Shown: piece by piece, positions 16,704-25,324 of the stretch | Layout: every line of letters begins with the position of its first letter | Numbering within the stretch: position 1 is the stretch's first letter | Source: a virus | Lineage: Duplodnaviria > Caudoviricetes | Length of the DNA: 33,238 nt | Virus record (IMG/VR): IMGVR_UViG_3300030376_006155 | Location: 1-33,238 of that record | Reading direction: 5' to 3' (one strand) | Notes under the pieces: generated by a model | What the model was told of the DNA's origin: nothing | Database searches by the model: none | The model's input: only the letters and a program-made list of their open reading frames with translations | Translations under genes and position numbers: made by a program

Positions 16704-18022
16704 CGTGAAATTACTCCTAATTCTCGTTGTCTAATTGGAAATCTGTTTAAAAAGAAATACCTGAAAGCATCCATACTGTGGTCGTGCCTTCCATCTTTAA
16801 CAGGGTCAGGCTTCAAGTCTTTGCCTTCTCCTGACTCAGGGTATCTATAATTCTCTAAATCCTCTGCTAAACCCATACACTTCTTGTCTAAATGTACAAA
16901 TCTCTGTCCTTGTGCATTTTCTATAAACCCTCTAACGTGGCTTACTCCTGATGCGATACTTCTTGACACTTTATCTCTAATACTTCTTACGTGTATGCCT
17001 TTACGCCTAAATATCTCAATATCTCCTAAACCTGATTGTCCTTGTGCCTGCATACCCGCAGGGTCACCATAATACTCTCTTACGTGATAATGTTTAGCTT
17101 GAATCATCTCCACAAACTCGTCAGTCTTGATATTTGCCTTATGTACAATCTCATCTATTACATTTATATGCGTTAGTCCACCTATCATATGGGTTTGAAA
17201 CCATATTGCAGCAGGCATCCTAAATCCAAAGTCTATTGAGCAAAAAGTTGGATAATTCGGATTATAGGGAAATTCACCCATATCCAAACTCCTATCAAAC
17301 GGATAAACTCTACCTTCAAACGAAGTAAACATCGCCCCATATTCCTGCTCATAGAGCTCTTTTGACATATTTCGCTTACGTTCAATGAGGAATTGGTCTT
17401 TCTTTCCATCAGGGAATACTACATTGTTATCCCAAGTAGGGGCTTGATGAGATTCCCATAAATCATCTTCTTTGCCAAGCAAAAACAAGTCATATATCCA
17501 ATTAAACCCTTCAGGGGTTGTTATGAAGATAGCTTTGCCTTTTCTATCTGACAAGGTTGGCGAAAGATACATATCCCATATCTTCCTTTTCATTTTAGCC
17601 ACCTCATCCATGATTAGTAAATCTAACCCTTCCCCAACAAGAGAATCAGGATTATCGGCAGATTTAGCCTCTACAGTAGTTCCCCACTTGAATTTTATAA
17701 ATCTTTCTTTTTCAGAGGCTCTTTCAATGTCATTAGCACGACCAATTACCATCTTTTGCCATACTTCTCTGAACATTAAGTCTGCTTTGTCGTAGGATAA
17801 CCCAACTAACCATATCTTTTTGTTCGGCTGAGAGGCATAATACGTTGCCTCCATTGCAGACGAGGTTGTTTTGCCAAATCTCCTTCCACAGACCATAACG
17901 AAGAATCTTGCTGTGTCTTTATCAGGGAAATGTAACTTCCTTTGACCTGAATGAGGGTTATACCCCATAAAGTCAAACCATTGCTGCTTATATTGTGTTT
18001 GATTATCCATTAATACTTGCAT
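16700..18022 (-). CDS. terL: Terminase large subunit
   Basis: Walker A GRRFGKT, Walker B LLIMDE, TTPEG, nuclease DFG...DPA...DHSMDA. Confidence 0.95.
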   Translation of the reverse strand: MQVLMDNQTQYKQQWFDFMGYNPHSGQRKLHFPDKDTARFFVMVCGRRFGKTTSSAMEATYYASQPNKKIWLVGLSYDKADLMFREVWQKMVIGRANDIERASEKERFIKFKWGTTVEAKSADNPDSLVGEGLDLLIMDEVAKMKRKIWDMYLSPTLSDRKGKAIFITTPEGFNWIYDLFLLGKEDDLWESHQAPTWDNNVVFPDGKKDQFLIERKRNMSKELYEQEYGAMFTSFEGRVYPFDRSLDMGEFPYNPNYPTFCSIDFGFRMPAAIWFQTHMIGGLTHINVIDEIVHKANIKTDEFVEMIQAKHYHVREYYGDPAGMQAQGQSGLGDIEIFRRKGIHVRSIRDKVSRSIASGVSHVRGFIENAQGQRFVHLDKKCMGLAEDLENYRYPESGEGKDLKPDPVKDGRHDHSMDAFRYFFLNRFPIRQRELGVISR

Positions 18023-18066
18023 CTTACAAGTAAAGTAATTTAAGTTATCCTACTTGTATTATGCAA
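18017..18066. promoter_or_regulatory. Symmetric divergent promoter pair TTGCAT-NN-TACAAGTA-N8-TAARTT
   Basis: The same architecture occurs on both strands between terL and the scaffold gene. Confidence 0.65.
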
Positions 18067-18113
18067 CATATTGTATAGTACAATTTCCAAATAACAATAT
18101 ATAGGAGGACAGT

Positions 18114-18638
18114 ATGTCCGAAGAAGCTAATGTAGCTACCGAAACAGTAAGTGAGGAAACTACACAAGAGGCAACTACAGATACGACCGATGTAGGAGCA
18201 TTAATTGCAGAGAGCAAAAAGTATCGTAAAAGGTCGCAGGATGCTGAAGCAGAGCGTGATGCCCTCAAATCTCAATTAGCAAAGGCTGAAGAGGCTAAGC
18301 TAAAAGAGCAAGGTGAATTTCAAACTTTATACGAAGAGGCGAAGACTAAAATGGAAACATTAGAGTCAAATGCTGATAAATGGTCAAAGTATGAAACTGC
18401 AAAGCGTGAAGCTCTATTAAATAGCGTTCCTGAAGGCGAGAGAGAATCTTTGGTAGATTTGCCATTTGAAACTCTTGAGTATGTAACTAATAAAATTAAT
18501 AATATGAAGCCAAATGCTCCTGAAGTTGTTGGAAGTCCACGAGAAGCATCAAAGCCACTTGGTAATTGGGCTGAGATGGATGCTGAGGAAAGAAGACAAA
18601 ATTGGGGAGAGATAGTAAAAGGCTTCAATAAATCTTAA
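18114..18638 (+). CDS. Capsid scaffolding protein
   Basis: Acidic N-terminus, ESKKYRKR coiled coil, directly before the MCP. Confidence 0.8.
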   Translation: MSEEANVATETVSEETTQEATTDTTDVGALIAESKKYRKRSQDAEAERDALKSQLAKAEEAKLKEQGEFQTLYEEAKTKMETLESNADKWSKYETAKREALLNSVPEGERESLVDLPFETLEYVTNKINNMKPNAPEVVGSPREASKPLGNWAEMDAEERRQNWGEIVKGFNKS

Positions 18639-18649
18639 AAGGATAAAAG

Positions 18650-19537
18650 ATGGCAACTAATATTACAGGTGTAGGTACAGCTAGTGCTGATGCCGATGCT
18701 TTTGTACCTGAGCTGTGGTCAGCAGGAGTACAAAATTACATTCAAAAGAAATTCGTTTTAGCGAATTTAACTAACGATGTTAGCTTTATGGTGAAAAATG
18801 CAGGGGACACTATTAATGTTCCTCGTGTTACAGAAAATACAGCTACAACAACTACAATATCTTCATTTACAGCAGGAACTGCTGCTGTAGGGTATTCAAA
18901 CCCTAATGATGCAACAGGTTCATTGACAGTAGACCAAATGGCTTACTATGCAAGAATCTACCCTGATATTGTAGAAATCCAAGCTAACCCTGACCTTCTT
19001 GCAATGCACGCAGAAGCAATGGGATTTGCTATTGGTAAAGCGATTGATTCTCATATCTCATCACTATTAACAACTTATAGCTCTGACTATACAGAGCATT
19101 CAATGGCTGCTGATAACGCATTGACTGCTACTGAGTTAAAGCTGTTAATTAAGTCTTTATATGCAGCAGGAATTGACCCTGCTGATGGATATGTGCTTGC
19201 AGTAGGTGCAGAACTATTACACGACTTATTAGGTATTGACCAATTCGTTAATGCTGATTACGTTAAAGACCAATATGTATTCCAAAATGGTTTACTTGGT
19301 TCTGTAATGGGGATGCCTGTCTATGCTACTAATTCTATAGCAGCATCAGATGGAACTGCCGATCATGTTGTTGGGGCTGTGTTTAAACCAAGTAATATCT
19401 TCTTGGCTTATTCACAAAAACCTAAAATGGTATCACAGTATTCTGTAGACTTCTTAGGTCATAAGGTTGCTACACACGCATACTATGGTTCATTAGTGGC
19501 TGTGCCAAAACAGTTAGTTCAAATTACCAATCCATAG
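18650..19537 (+). CDS. Major capsid protein (HK97 fold, P22/N4-gp56-like)
   Basis: FVPELWS, GDTINVP, G.VMGMPVYATN and YG motifs. Confidence 0.9.
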   Translation: MATNITGVGTASADADAFVPELWSAGVQNYIQKKFVLANLTNDVSFMVKNAGDTINVPRVTENTATTTTISSFTAGTAAVGYSNPNDATGSLTVDQMAYYARIYPDIVEIQANPDLLAMHAEAMGFAIGKAIDSHISSLLTTYSSDYTEHSMAADNALTATELKLLIKSLYAAGIDPADGYVLAVGAELLHDLLGIDQFVNADYVKDQYVFQNGLLGSVMGMPVYATNSIAASDGTADHVVGAVFKPSNIFLAYSQKPKMVSQYSVDFLGHKVATHAYYGSLVAVPKQLVQITNP

Positions 19538-19554
19538 GATTAGGTAAGTAAAGT

Positions 19555-19584
19555 ATATAGGGGGGAGTTATCTCCCCCTTATAT
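19555..19584 (+). terminator. GC hairpin after the MCP
   Basis: ATATAGGGGGGAG-TTAT-CTCCCCCTTATAT; weak U tail. Confidence 0.6.
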
Positions 19585-20374
19585 CATCATTATTAAAGAA
19601 TTACAAAGATTTAAAGAGTCGGATAGGGTTTTAGTTTTAGGGCATAATGCTCTTGACTATAAAAGTGTTTTGAAATATCCTTTCCCATACAAGACAGGAA
19701 GAGGATTTCATCCACCTGCACCGACAAGTTTGCTTTTTGATAATTGGCAGGATTTTGATGGAGATTTAATCACTTGTCATTTCCAAAATTACAACTCTAA
19801 GTTTGTAGTTGCCTCAGAACATTCTCCAAGATTCCATAAAAGTGGAGGGATAAAAGTTTCTAATGTCCCTGCATACAATAGAGAATCAGAAGAGGCTTAC
19901 AAAGGGATGATAGAAATTGGGCTTAACCCTAATGACTTTCATTATTTTGACATACCAAAGATGTTTAGCTATAAAGATGCTACATTGAATCTTTATTCAG
20001 GACACCTTGCTTTAATCTTTGCTTGCGATATGGGATATAAAGAAGTGTATACAGCAGGGATTGATGGGAATGTAATCGGATATGAAGGTGGATTCTCTTA
20101 TAAGAAGAGGCACATTAAAGCTCTAAAGCAGTTCGTGAGGAATGGAAAAAGTGAAAAGGTTGGTATTTTTAAACAGAAAGAGCCAACAACAATGGCAGAG
20201 TGGAGTGATTGGAAGGTTTACAATACTTTTGGAGAAAGAATGAAACCATTGATTGGATATTGTAATGATAAATACCCTAATTCAAAAATTTACAAATCTC
20301 ACGAATTATCTCTTATGCCTGTTGAAATCAAGAACCCAATGGAGAATTATGAAAGACCTATTAGAAAGTATTAA
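19583..20374 (+). CDS. Maf/DUF115/CstII-like glycosyltransferase-fold protein; start uncertain (ATC/ATT at 19583-19592 or TTG at 19670)
   Basis: SGHLALIFACDMGYKEVYTAGID motif; upstream in-frame RVLVLGHN motif. Confidence 0.55.
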   Translation: MIIIKELQRFKESDRVLVLGHNALDYKSVLKYPFPYKTGRGFHPPAPTSLLFDNWQDFDGDLITCHFQNYNSKFVVASEHSPRFHKSGGIKVSNVPAYNRESEEAYKGMIEIGLNPNDFHYFDIPKMFSYKDATLNLYSGHLALIFACDMGYKEVYTAGIDGNVIGYEGGFSYKKRHIKALKQFVRNGKSEKVGIFKQKEPTTMAEWSDWKVYNTFGERMKPLIGYCNDKYPNSKIYKSHELSLMPVEIKNPMENYERPIRKY

Positions 20375-20771
20375 ACACCACGAGGGATTCGTTGAACACG
20401 TTTATGACGATTCTCTTGGTATCCCTACTATAGGGTATGGATTTGCAATAAAAGATTTAGTATTAGATGAGGATATTGCAGAAGAAATCCTTATTAGAAA
20501 ATTAGAAAAATTAAAGCGTAATGCTAATGCTCGCTTTCAATGGCTTGAAGATATGCCACAGGAAGTACAAGCAGTTATTTTGAATATGTGCTATCAGCTT
20601 GGCGTTACAGGAGTATCTAAATTTAGAAAAGCAATCTCTGCTCTTCAAGAGGGCGAGTGGCAAGAAGCTGCTGATGAGATGCTTGATAGCTTGTGGGCGA
20701 GACAAACACCCAACAGAGCAACAGAATTAGCAAACATAGTAAGGAATCAGTCTGAGAAAATCAGTTCTTAA
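20349..20771 (+). CDS. Endolysin, T4-lysozyme-like (GH24)
   Basis: HEG...YDDSLGIPTIGYG (E-X8-D-X5-T) and WARQTPNRA; start MKDL after GGAG. Confidence 0.9.
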   Translation: MKDLLESIKHHEGFVEHVYDDSLGIPTIGYGFAIKDLVLDEDIAEEILIRKLEKLKRNANARFQWLEDMPQEVQAVILNMCYQLGVTGVSKFRKAISALQEGEWQEAADEMLDSLWARQTPNRATELANIVRNQSEKISS

Positions 20772-21525
20772 AAGGGCTATAGTAACCCCTGATAAGCACT
20801 TCCCTCTCCACGACCAAAGAGCAATAAATGTAGTATGTAAGGCTATTGAGATGGTAAAGCCTGATATATATATTGACTTAGGCGATACAGGTGAGTGGGA
20901 ACTGTTTGGGAATCATCATTGGAAAGATTTAGATAGACCGCCTGACCATATTTTAATCCCTATGTTGGATAAATCGGTAAAACAGGTGAATGATGGGATG
21001 AGCCAAATTGATAGGTCTTTAGACATAGCAGGATGTGAGATTCGGCATTTTGTTCAGGGAAATCACGAGGTGTGGTTAGATAAGTTTTCCAAGAAGGAAA
21101 CAAGACCTCGCTTTCTCACAAAGAACGCCTTAAACTTGAAGGAAAGAGGTTACAAGTACCACCCTTACTTCAGGAAGCGACCTTTAAAGATAGGGAAGTT
21201 GAATTTTACTCATGGACATAGAACAGGGGTACATCACGCTAAAGCACATTTAGCTATGTATAAAGAATCTGTTATGTATGGGCATACTCACGATTTGCAA
21301 AGATTTACAGAAACAGGATTAGGCGGGACTCTATCGGCTTGGTCATTAGGTTGCTTAAAAGACATAAGGAAAGATGAAGATTGGCTTAGAGGCAATTTAA
21401 CTAATTGGAATCACGCATTTGCAATCGTGGATTGGTTTAAGAATGGAAATTTTAAGGTTGATGTCGTTGAGATATATGATGGCAGGACAACAGTTTGGGG
21501 TGAAGTGATAGATGGGGATAAATAA
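20752..21525 (+). CDS. Calcineurin-like metallophosphoesterase (likely CTG start)
   Basis: DKH, LGD, GNHE, HGH and GHTH motifs; the first motif lies upstream of ATG20851. Confidence 0.85.
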   Translation: MRKSVLKRAIVTPDKHFPLHDQRAINVVCKAIEMVKPDIYIDLGDTGEWELFGNHHWKDLDRPPDHILIPMLDKSVKQVNDGMSQIDRSLDIAGCEIRHFVQGNHEVWLDKFSKKETRPRFLTKNALNLKERGYKYHPYFRKRPLKIGKLNFTHGHRTGVHHAKAHLAMYKESVMYGHTHDLQRFTETGLGGTLSAWSLGCLKDIRKDEDWLRGNLTNWNHAFAIVDWFKNGNFKVDVVEIYDGRTTVWGEVIDGDK

Positions 21526-21788
21526 TGGATTTAAATATAATAGACCAATATGGATTACCCATTGCAATAACAATAGCCTTCGGTTACTTTATTTGGAAAC
21601 AACAGACTTGGATTCAGAAAGAATTAGTTGATGACCTTGAGCAGCAGTTTCGCAGGTTAGAGGGTATAATCATCAAGCTAATTGACCAACAAAAGATTAC
21701 ACAGATGGATATTAAGGAAGTTAAGGGTTATATTGAGGGTATTGAAGATATACTTTCAAGACTTATAAATGGGGAAGAAAAGAAGTGA
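21525..21788 (+). CDS. Putative holin-like membrane protein
   Basis: N-terminal TM helix plus coiled coil, near the endolysin. Confidence 0.55.
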   Translation: MDLNIIDQYGLPIAITIAFGYFIWKQQTWIQKELVDDLEQQFRRLEGIIIKLIDQQKITQMDIKEVKGYIEGIEDILSRLINGEEKK

Positions 21789-22009
21789 CAAAGAGTAGCG
21801 TGGATAATGTGCGTTCTGATATGCACGACAAAATTAAAGTAATACATAACAGAGTAGATGAAATCTTAGGGCAAGTTAAATTAACAAATGGCAGAGTTTC
21901 TCGTTTAGAGGAATGGAAGGCTCAATTTGTTGGGGGAGCAAAAGTGGTTGGAGTTGCAGCTACTTTATTTGCCTTTTCACTTAAAATGGGTTGGATAACC
22001 CTTAATTAG
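21785..22009 (+). CDS. Coiled-coil plus C-terminal TM lysis-associated protein
   Basis: TNGRVSRLE motif and hydrophobic tail. Confidence 0.5.
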   Translation: MTKSSVDNVRSDMHDKIKVIHNRVDEILGQVKLTNGRVSRLEEWKAQFVGGAKVVGVAATLFAFSLKMGWITLN

Positions 22010-22017
22010 GAGTAAGT

Positions 22018-22323
22018 ATGTTTTCAGTAGCATCTTTAACAGCATTAGCAACAAAGAAGGTAGCAGTTTACGCAGGTATGGGAGTAGCAGGATGTGCTAC
22101 AGCCTTTATATTAAAAAAGATTCCTAACGCCACCATAAAAGCCAAGTTTGGTTCTTGGATGTATAATCTTGGGGTGTTATGTACTTTGGGCTTAGGCAAG
22201 TGGAAGTGGACTAAGAAGGTATGGAATAAAACCCTTGAACCTTATTGCATTGATGCTATTGACAATATAGTTGTTACAGGCATATCAAAGTTTGTAGAGG
22301 GACTGCGTTCAGATAATGTCTAA
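22018..22323 (+). CDS. Membrane protein, possibly lysis-related
   Basis: Hydrophobic segments; AGGAG RBS. Confidence 0.55.
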   Translation: MFSVASLTALATKKVAVYAGMGVAGCATAFILKKIPNATIKAKFGSWMYNLGVLCTLGLGKWKWTKKVWNKTLEPYCIDAIDNIVVTGISKFVEGLRSDNV

Positions 22324-22885
22324 AGCCTTAAAAATAGACAAAGCAGTTGATGGCAATCTAAAACCTGTAAAGGATTCAGATGGTACTATGACTTCTTTAG
22401 AAATATCTACTGAGAAACTTAGAGTAAAGAATTTAGAAGTAATAGGTGATATAAATGATGGATATACAAGACAGATTCATGTAATTAATACAGGATTCTA
22501 TGGCAATGCTTCTAAAATGTACATTCCTTTAAATGGTTATATAGTAGAAAAAACAGCAACATCATCTAGTAATGAATATGTGGCTATGCCTTCTCCATAT
22601 GCAGGAAGAGTAATTAAAGTAATGGCAAGATCAGAAATAGCTTGTGGCAGTACAGTAGTTGGATTTCATAAATCAGCAGAAGGGGTAGAAGTGCCAAATA
22701 CAAGTGCTATTTCAGATGTTACTGTAAATATGGCAACAGATGATACTGCTTATACATTTGATTTTACAAGTTTAGATAATGCTTTTGCTTTAGGTGAAAT
22801 TTTGGCATTTTCTTTTGACCCTACAAGTAGCAGCTATGACACTAATGTGGTAGTAGTTTTAGAATATGAGATAGGAAAAATATGA
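22316..22885 (+). CDS. Putative virion structural/fibre protein
   Basis: Beta-rich S/T composition; late operon. Confidence 0.5.
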   Translation: MSKALKIDKAVDGNLKPVKDSDGTMTSLEISTEKLRVKNLEVIGDINDGYTRQIHVINTGFYGNASKMYIPLNGYIVEKTATSSSNEYVAMPSPYAGRVIKVMARSEIACGSTVVGFHKSAEGVEVPNTSAISDVTVNMATDDTAYTFDFTSLDNAFALGEILAFSFDPTSSSYDTNVVVVLEYEIGKI

Positions 22886-23670
22886 GTTTAACAGGCAAGA
22901 CAAAAGCAAGTAGCTACAAAGACCTATTGCAAATGAACAATTCCAATAGTGGAGTTGATGCCACCACAAGAAATGTGGTTGATGGTGAAGGTACTACAAG
23001 TGTATTAGCCATATCAGATGATGTATGTATGATTACCCCTCAAAATGATGATACAACAGGAGCTTTTAGGGTTAGAGATAAAGATAATAATGCGTTACTT
23101 GTAGTAGATTCTTCTAACGATTTAGTAAAAGCAGGAATAGGTCAGCACATTGTCAATACTAATATTAAAGAATTTGCAATGGATAGCCAAGAAGCAAACC
23201 CTGCTATCGCAGATACTTGGTATGCACTTACTTCAACTTTCAATCATATGGATACACAGGCTTTTACAATGGGTACAGGGTCAACCCCTGCAACAACTCT
23301 AACAGTGGCAACAGCTGCAAATGGATATGTCAAAGGTTATTGGTATGTACCATTTAACATCACAATAGATTCTTGCAATGTACTCTTTGGAGCAGATGCA
23401 GCATCAGGAGATGTGGTTAAGTTCTCAGTTATGAGTTATACAGTAAATACAGGTAATACTGCAACTGGTGGAGATTTAATTTCTGGAGTAGAGAACTGCG
23501 TTTCACCCTCTACCATTACAGGGGCAGGTAGAGAGCAAATATATTATCAGGCTTTAACAGTATCATCTGCTGATGTAGATGCAGGAAAAGTAATATGTGC
23601 ATTTGTAGCACAGGATGGTACAAACTCAGATTTAACAGTCAATATGCAATTAGTATATCATTTAAGGTAA
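22882..23670 (+). CDS. Putative virion structural/fibre protein
   Basis: MSLTGKT..SYKDLL N-terminus; T/A/G-rich. Confidence 0.5.
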   Translation: MSLTGKTKASSYKDLLQMNNSNSGVDATTRNVVDGEGTTSVLAISDDVCMITPQNDDTTGAFRVRDKDNNALLVVDSSNDLVKAGIGQHIVNTNIKEFAMDSQEANPAIADTWYALTSTFNHMDTQAFTMGTGSTPATTLTVATAANGYVKGYWYVPFNITIDSCNVLFGADAASGDVVKFSVMSYTVNTGNTATGGDLISGVENCVSPSTITGAGREQIYYQALTVSSADVDAGKVICAFVAQDGTNSDLTVNMQLVYHLR

Positions 23671-23680
23671 GGAATAAAAA

Positions 23681-25210
23681 ATGGCAAGATTTACAGCAAA
23701 TTTAACAATGACTACACCAACAGAAACAATTAATGTTTCTAAATCAGGTGATTATGATGTGGCTCTTAGAATAAATGCAGAGGTGGATGATAATGATAGT
23801 GTGATTGACTTACTTTCAGCAGAGAAAGATATAGGGCAAAATACACTTAGAGGTTGCAAGGCTCTTATGATTAGAAATTCAGGACTGGTTGGAGTAGAAA
23901 TTAAACTAAAAGGTGAAGAATGGGCAGATGCTGCCCCTGATACTAATGGTGGGGTATCTTATCAATCCTTGCTCATACCTGCAAATGACTTTATATTTTT
24001 ACCTAATTTAAGGCAGTTAAACTATGAAACTGCTACTACAAGTGCTGCAAATGGGAGGGTTATTGATAATCAACCACCTCATGGGAGTATGGCACAAGAT
24101 AGTGGAGCAGATGTAGATACTGCAACAGATGGAGCGATTGCTTCAGGCACAACTACTACAACTCTATATTTAGAAGATGGACATTCTAAGTTTTTTAAGG
24201 TTGGGGATTTAATAAAGATTGATGCTGAGATATGTGAAGTTACTGCTGTTGGAACAGGAGTAGACTTAGCTAATAGCACCTGTACAATCGTTAGAGGCTT
24301 ATATGGCTCAACTGCTGCTACCCATGCTGATGATGCTGCTGTATCTTTACCATATTTTAATGCTTATGCAGACTTTGACAAATATTCTACTGCTCAAACT
24401 GATGGGTCAGGTAGATATAAAGCCATGAACTTATTGGGATATGGGCGTTCAGTTGATGCAGTTGCAGATGGATGGGTGGCAGGGTCTATTAGTGGTAAAT
24501 TCTATTCAGCAGGTTATCAAGAATTAGGTATGTCAGGCATCACAGCCTCAACAGAATCAGGGTTAGCAGCCTCAACTGCTTATGCTTTTGATATAGCAGT
24601 AGATGGTGGGTCAGATTACACCCTATCATTTACTACTGGCACATCAACAAAATTTGGGGGGACTTCAGGAATCCTTAGAAAAATACAGGATGCTTTGAAT
24701 GCAGGTTATTATGCTTCTGGCAATTTATTGGAAAAGAAAGTAACAGTTGCTTTAGTAAATGGTGATATTAGATTTACTTCAGGACAATATTTATCTACAT
24801 CTGCAATATCTATATCAGCACCTGCAAGTGGAACAACTCTATTTGGTGTAGGTAGGTTTGTAATGGCTGTTGGGGATATTGAAGCAGCAGTTCCTGCTAA
24901 ACTTCCTGATGATGTTATTTATGATAAAAAGACTAACCAATCAAATCCTAATGTTGGGGCAATGTTTTATGATGATGGACATGGCAATATCTCAGGTGCT
25001 TGTAATGGAACTATTAACTATGAAACAGGTGCTATTGACATAACAGGATGCCCACCTAATGCACATTTTGTTATAAGTGGGAGTTATGGTTCTGCTCATT
25101 CAGGAGGGGAAGAATATAGTGACACAAAAGGGAATTGTATAAGTAAAATTAGCGGCAGGTCAGTAAATCAAAAGATTAATTCAACTATTGAGATTATAGG
25201 ACTACAATAA
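23681..25210 (+). CDS. Putative virion structural protein (509 aa)
   Basis: G/A/S/T-rich; IDAEI...RG..G.TAATH and GTINYETG motifs seen in virion proteins. Confidence 0.55.
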   Translation: MARFTANLTMTTPTETINVSKSGDYDVALRINAEVDDNDSVIDLLSAEKDIGQNTLRGCKALMIRNSGLVGVEIKLKGEEWADAAPDTNGGVSYQSLLIPANDFIFLPNLRQLNYETATTSAANGRVIDNQPPHGSMAQDSGADVDTATDGAIASGTTTTTLYLEDGHSKFFKVGDLIKIDAEICEVTAVGTGVDLANSTCTIVRGLYGSTAATHADDAAVSLPYFNAYADFDKYSTAQTDGSGRYKAMNLLGYGRSVDAVADGWVAGSISGKFYSAGYQELGMSGITASTESGLAASTAYAFDIAVDGGSDYTLSFTTGTSTKFGGTSGILRKIQDALNAGYYASGNLLEKKVTVALVNGDIRFTSGQYLSTSAISISAPASGTTLFGVGRFVMAVGDIEAAVPAKLPDDVIYDKKTNQSNPNVGAMFYDDGHGNISGACNGTINYETGAIDITGCPPNAHFVISGSYGSAHSGGEEYSDTKGNCISKISGRSVNQKINSTIEIIGLQ

Positions 25211-25257
25211 TGGCTTATAAGAAACCTAAGAAAAAGAAGAAGAAGCGAGGCAAGTAG
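25210..25257 (+). CDS. Poly-lysine micropeptide MAYKKPKKKKKKRGK
   Basis: TAATG coupling; 15 aa, highly basic. Confidence 0.5.
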   Translation: MAYKKPKKKKKKRGK

Positions 25258-25280
25258 TCTTGCTTAATATGTCAAAATGC

Positions 25281-25312
25281 TTGTATATTACAAGTATAAT
25301 TTTATATAAGAT
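25281..25312 (+). promoter_or_regulatory. Third copy of the late promoter motif (TTGTAT-AT-TACAAGTA)
   Basis: Intergenic, upstream of the head-tail/tail operon. Confidence 0.55.
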
Positions 25313-25324
25313 TTAGGGGGTTGC

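Noticed and set aside
14700-18100. Invertase-controlled flip of the terL-portal block
   Set aside because: No flanking inverted repeats and no site-specific recombinase were seen.
13823-18628. Antisense ORFs from the track (e.g. 13924-14466, 17472-17795, 18320-18628)
   Set aside because: They are shadow frames opposite well-supported genes. The same applies to 6382-6585, 10363-10668, 29097-29564 and 30716-31090.
19535-19543. Amber read-through fusing the MCP to the downstream ORF (TAG GAT TAG in frame), or TAG recoding
   Set aside because: Two consecutive ambers plus a hairpin; long ORFs are intact under the standard code and several genes end in TAG.
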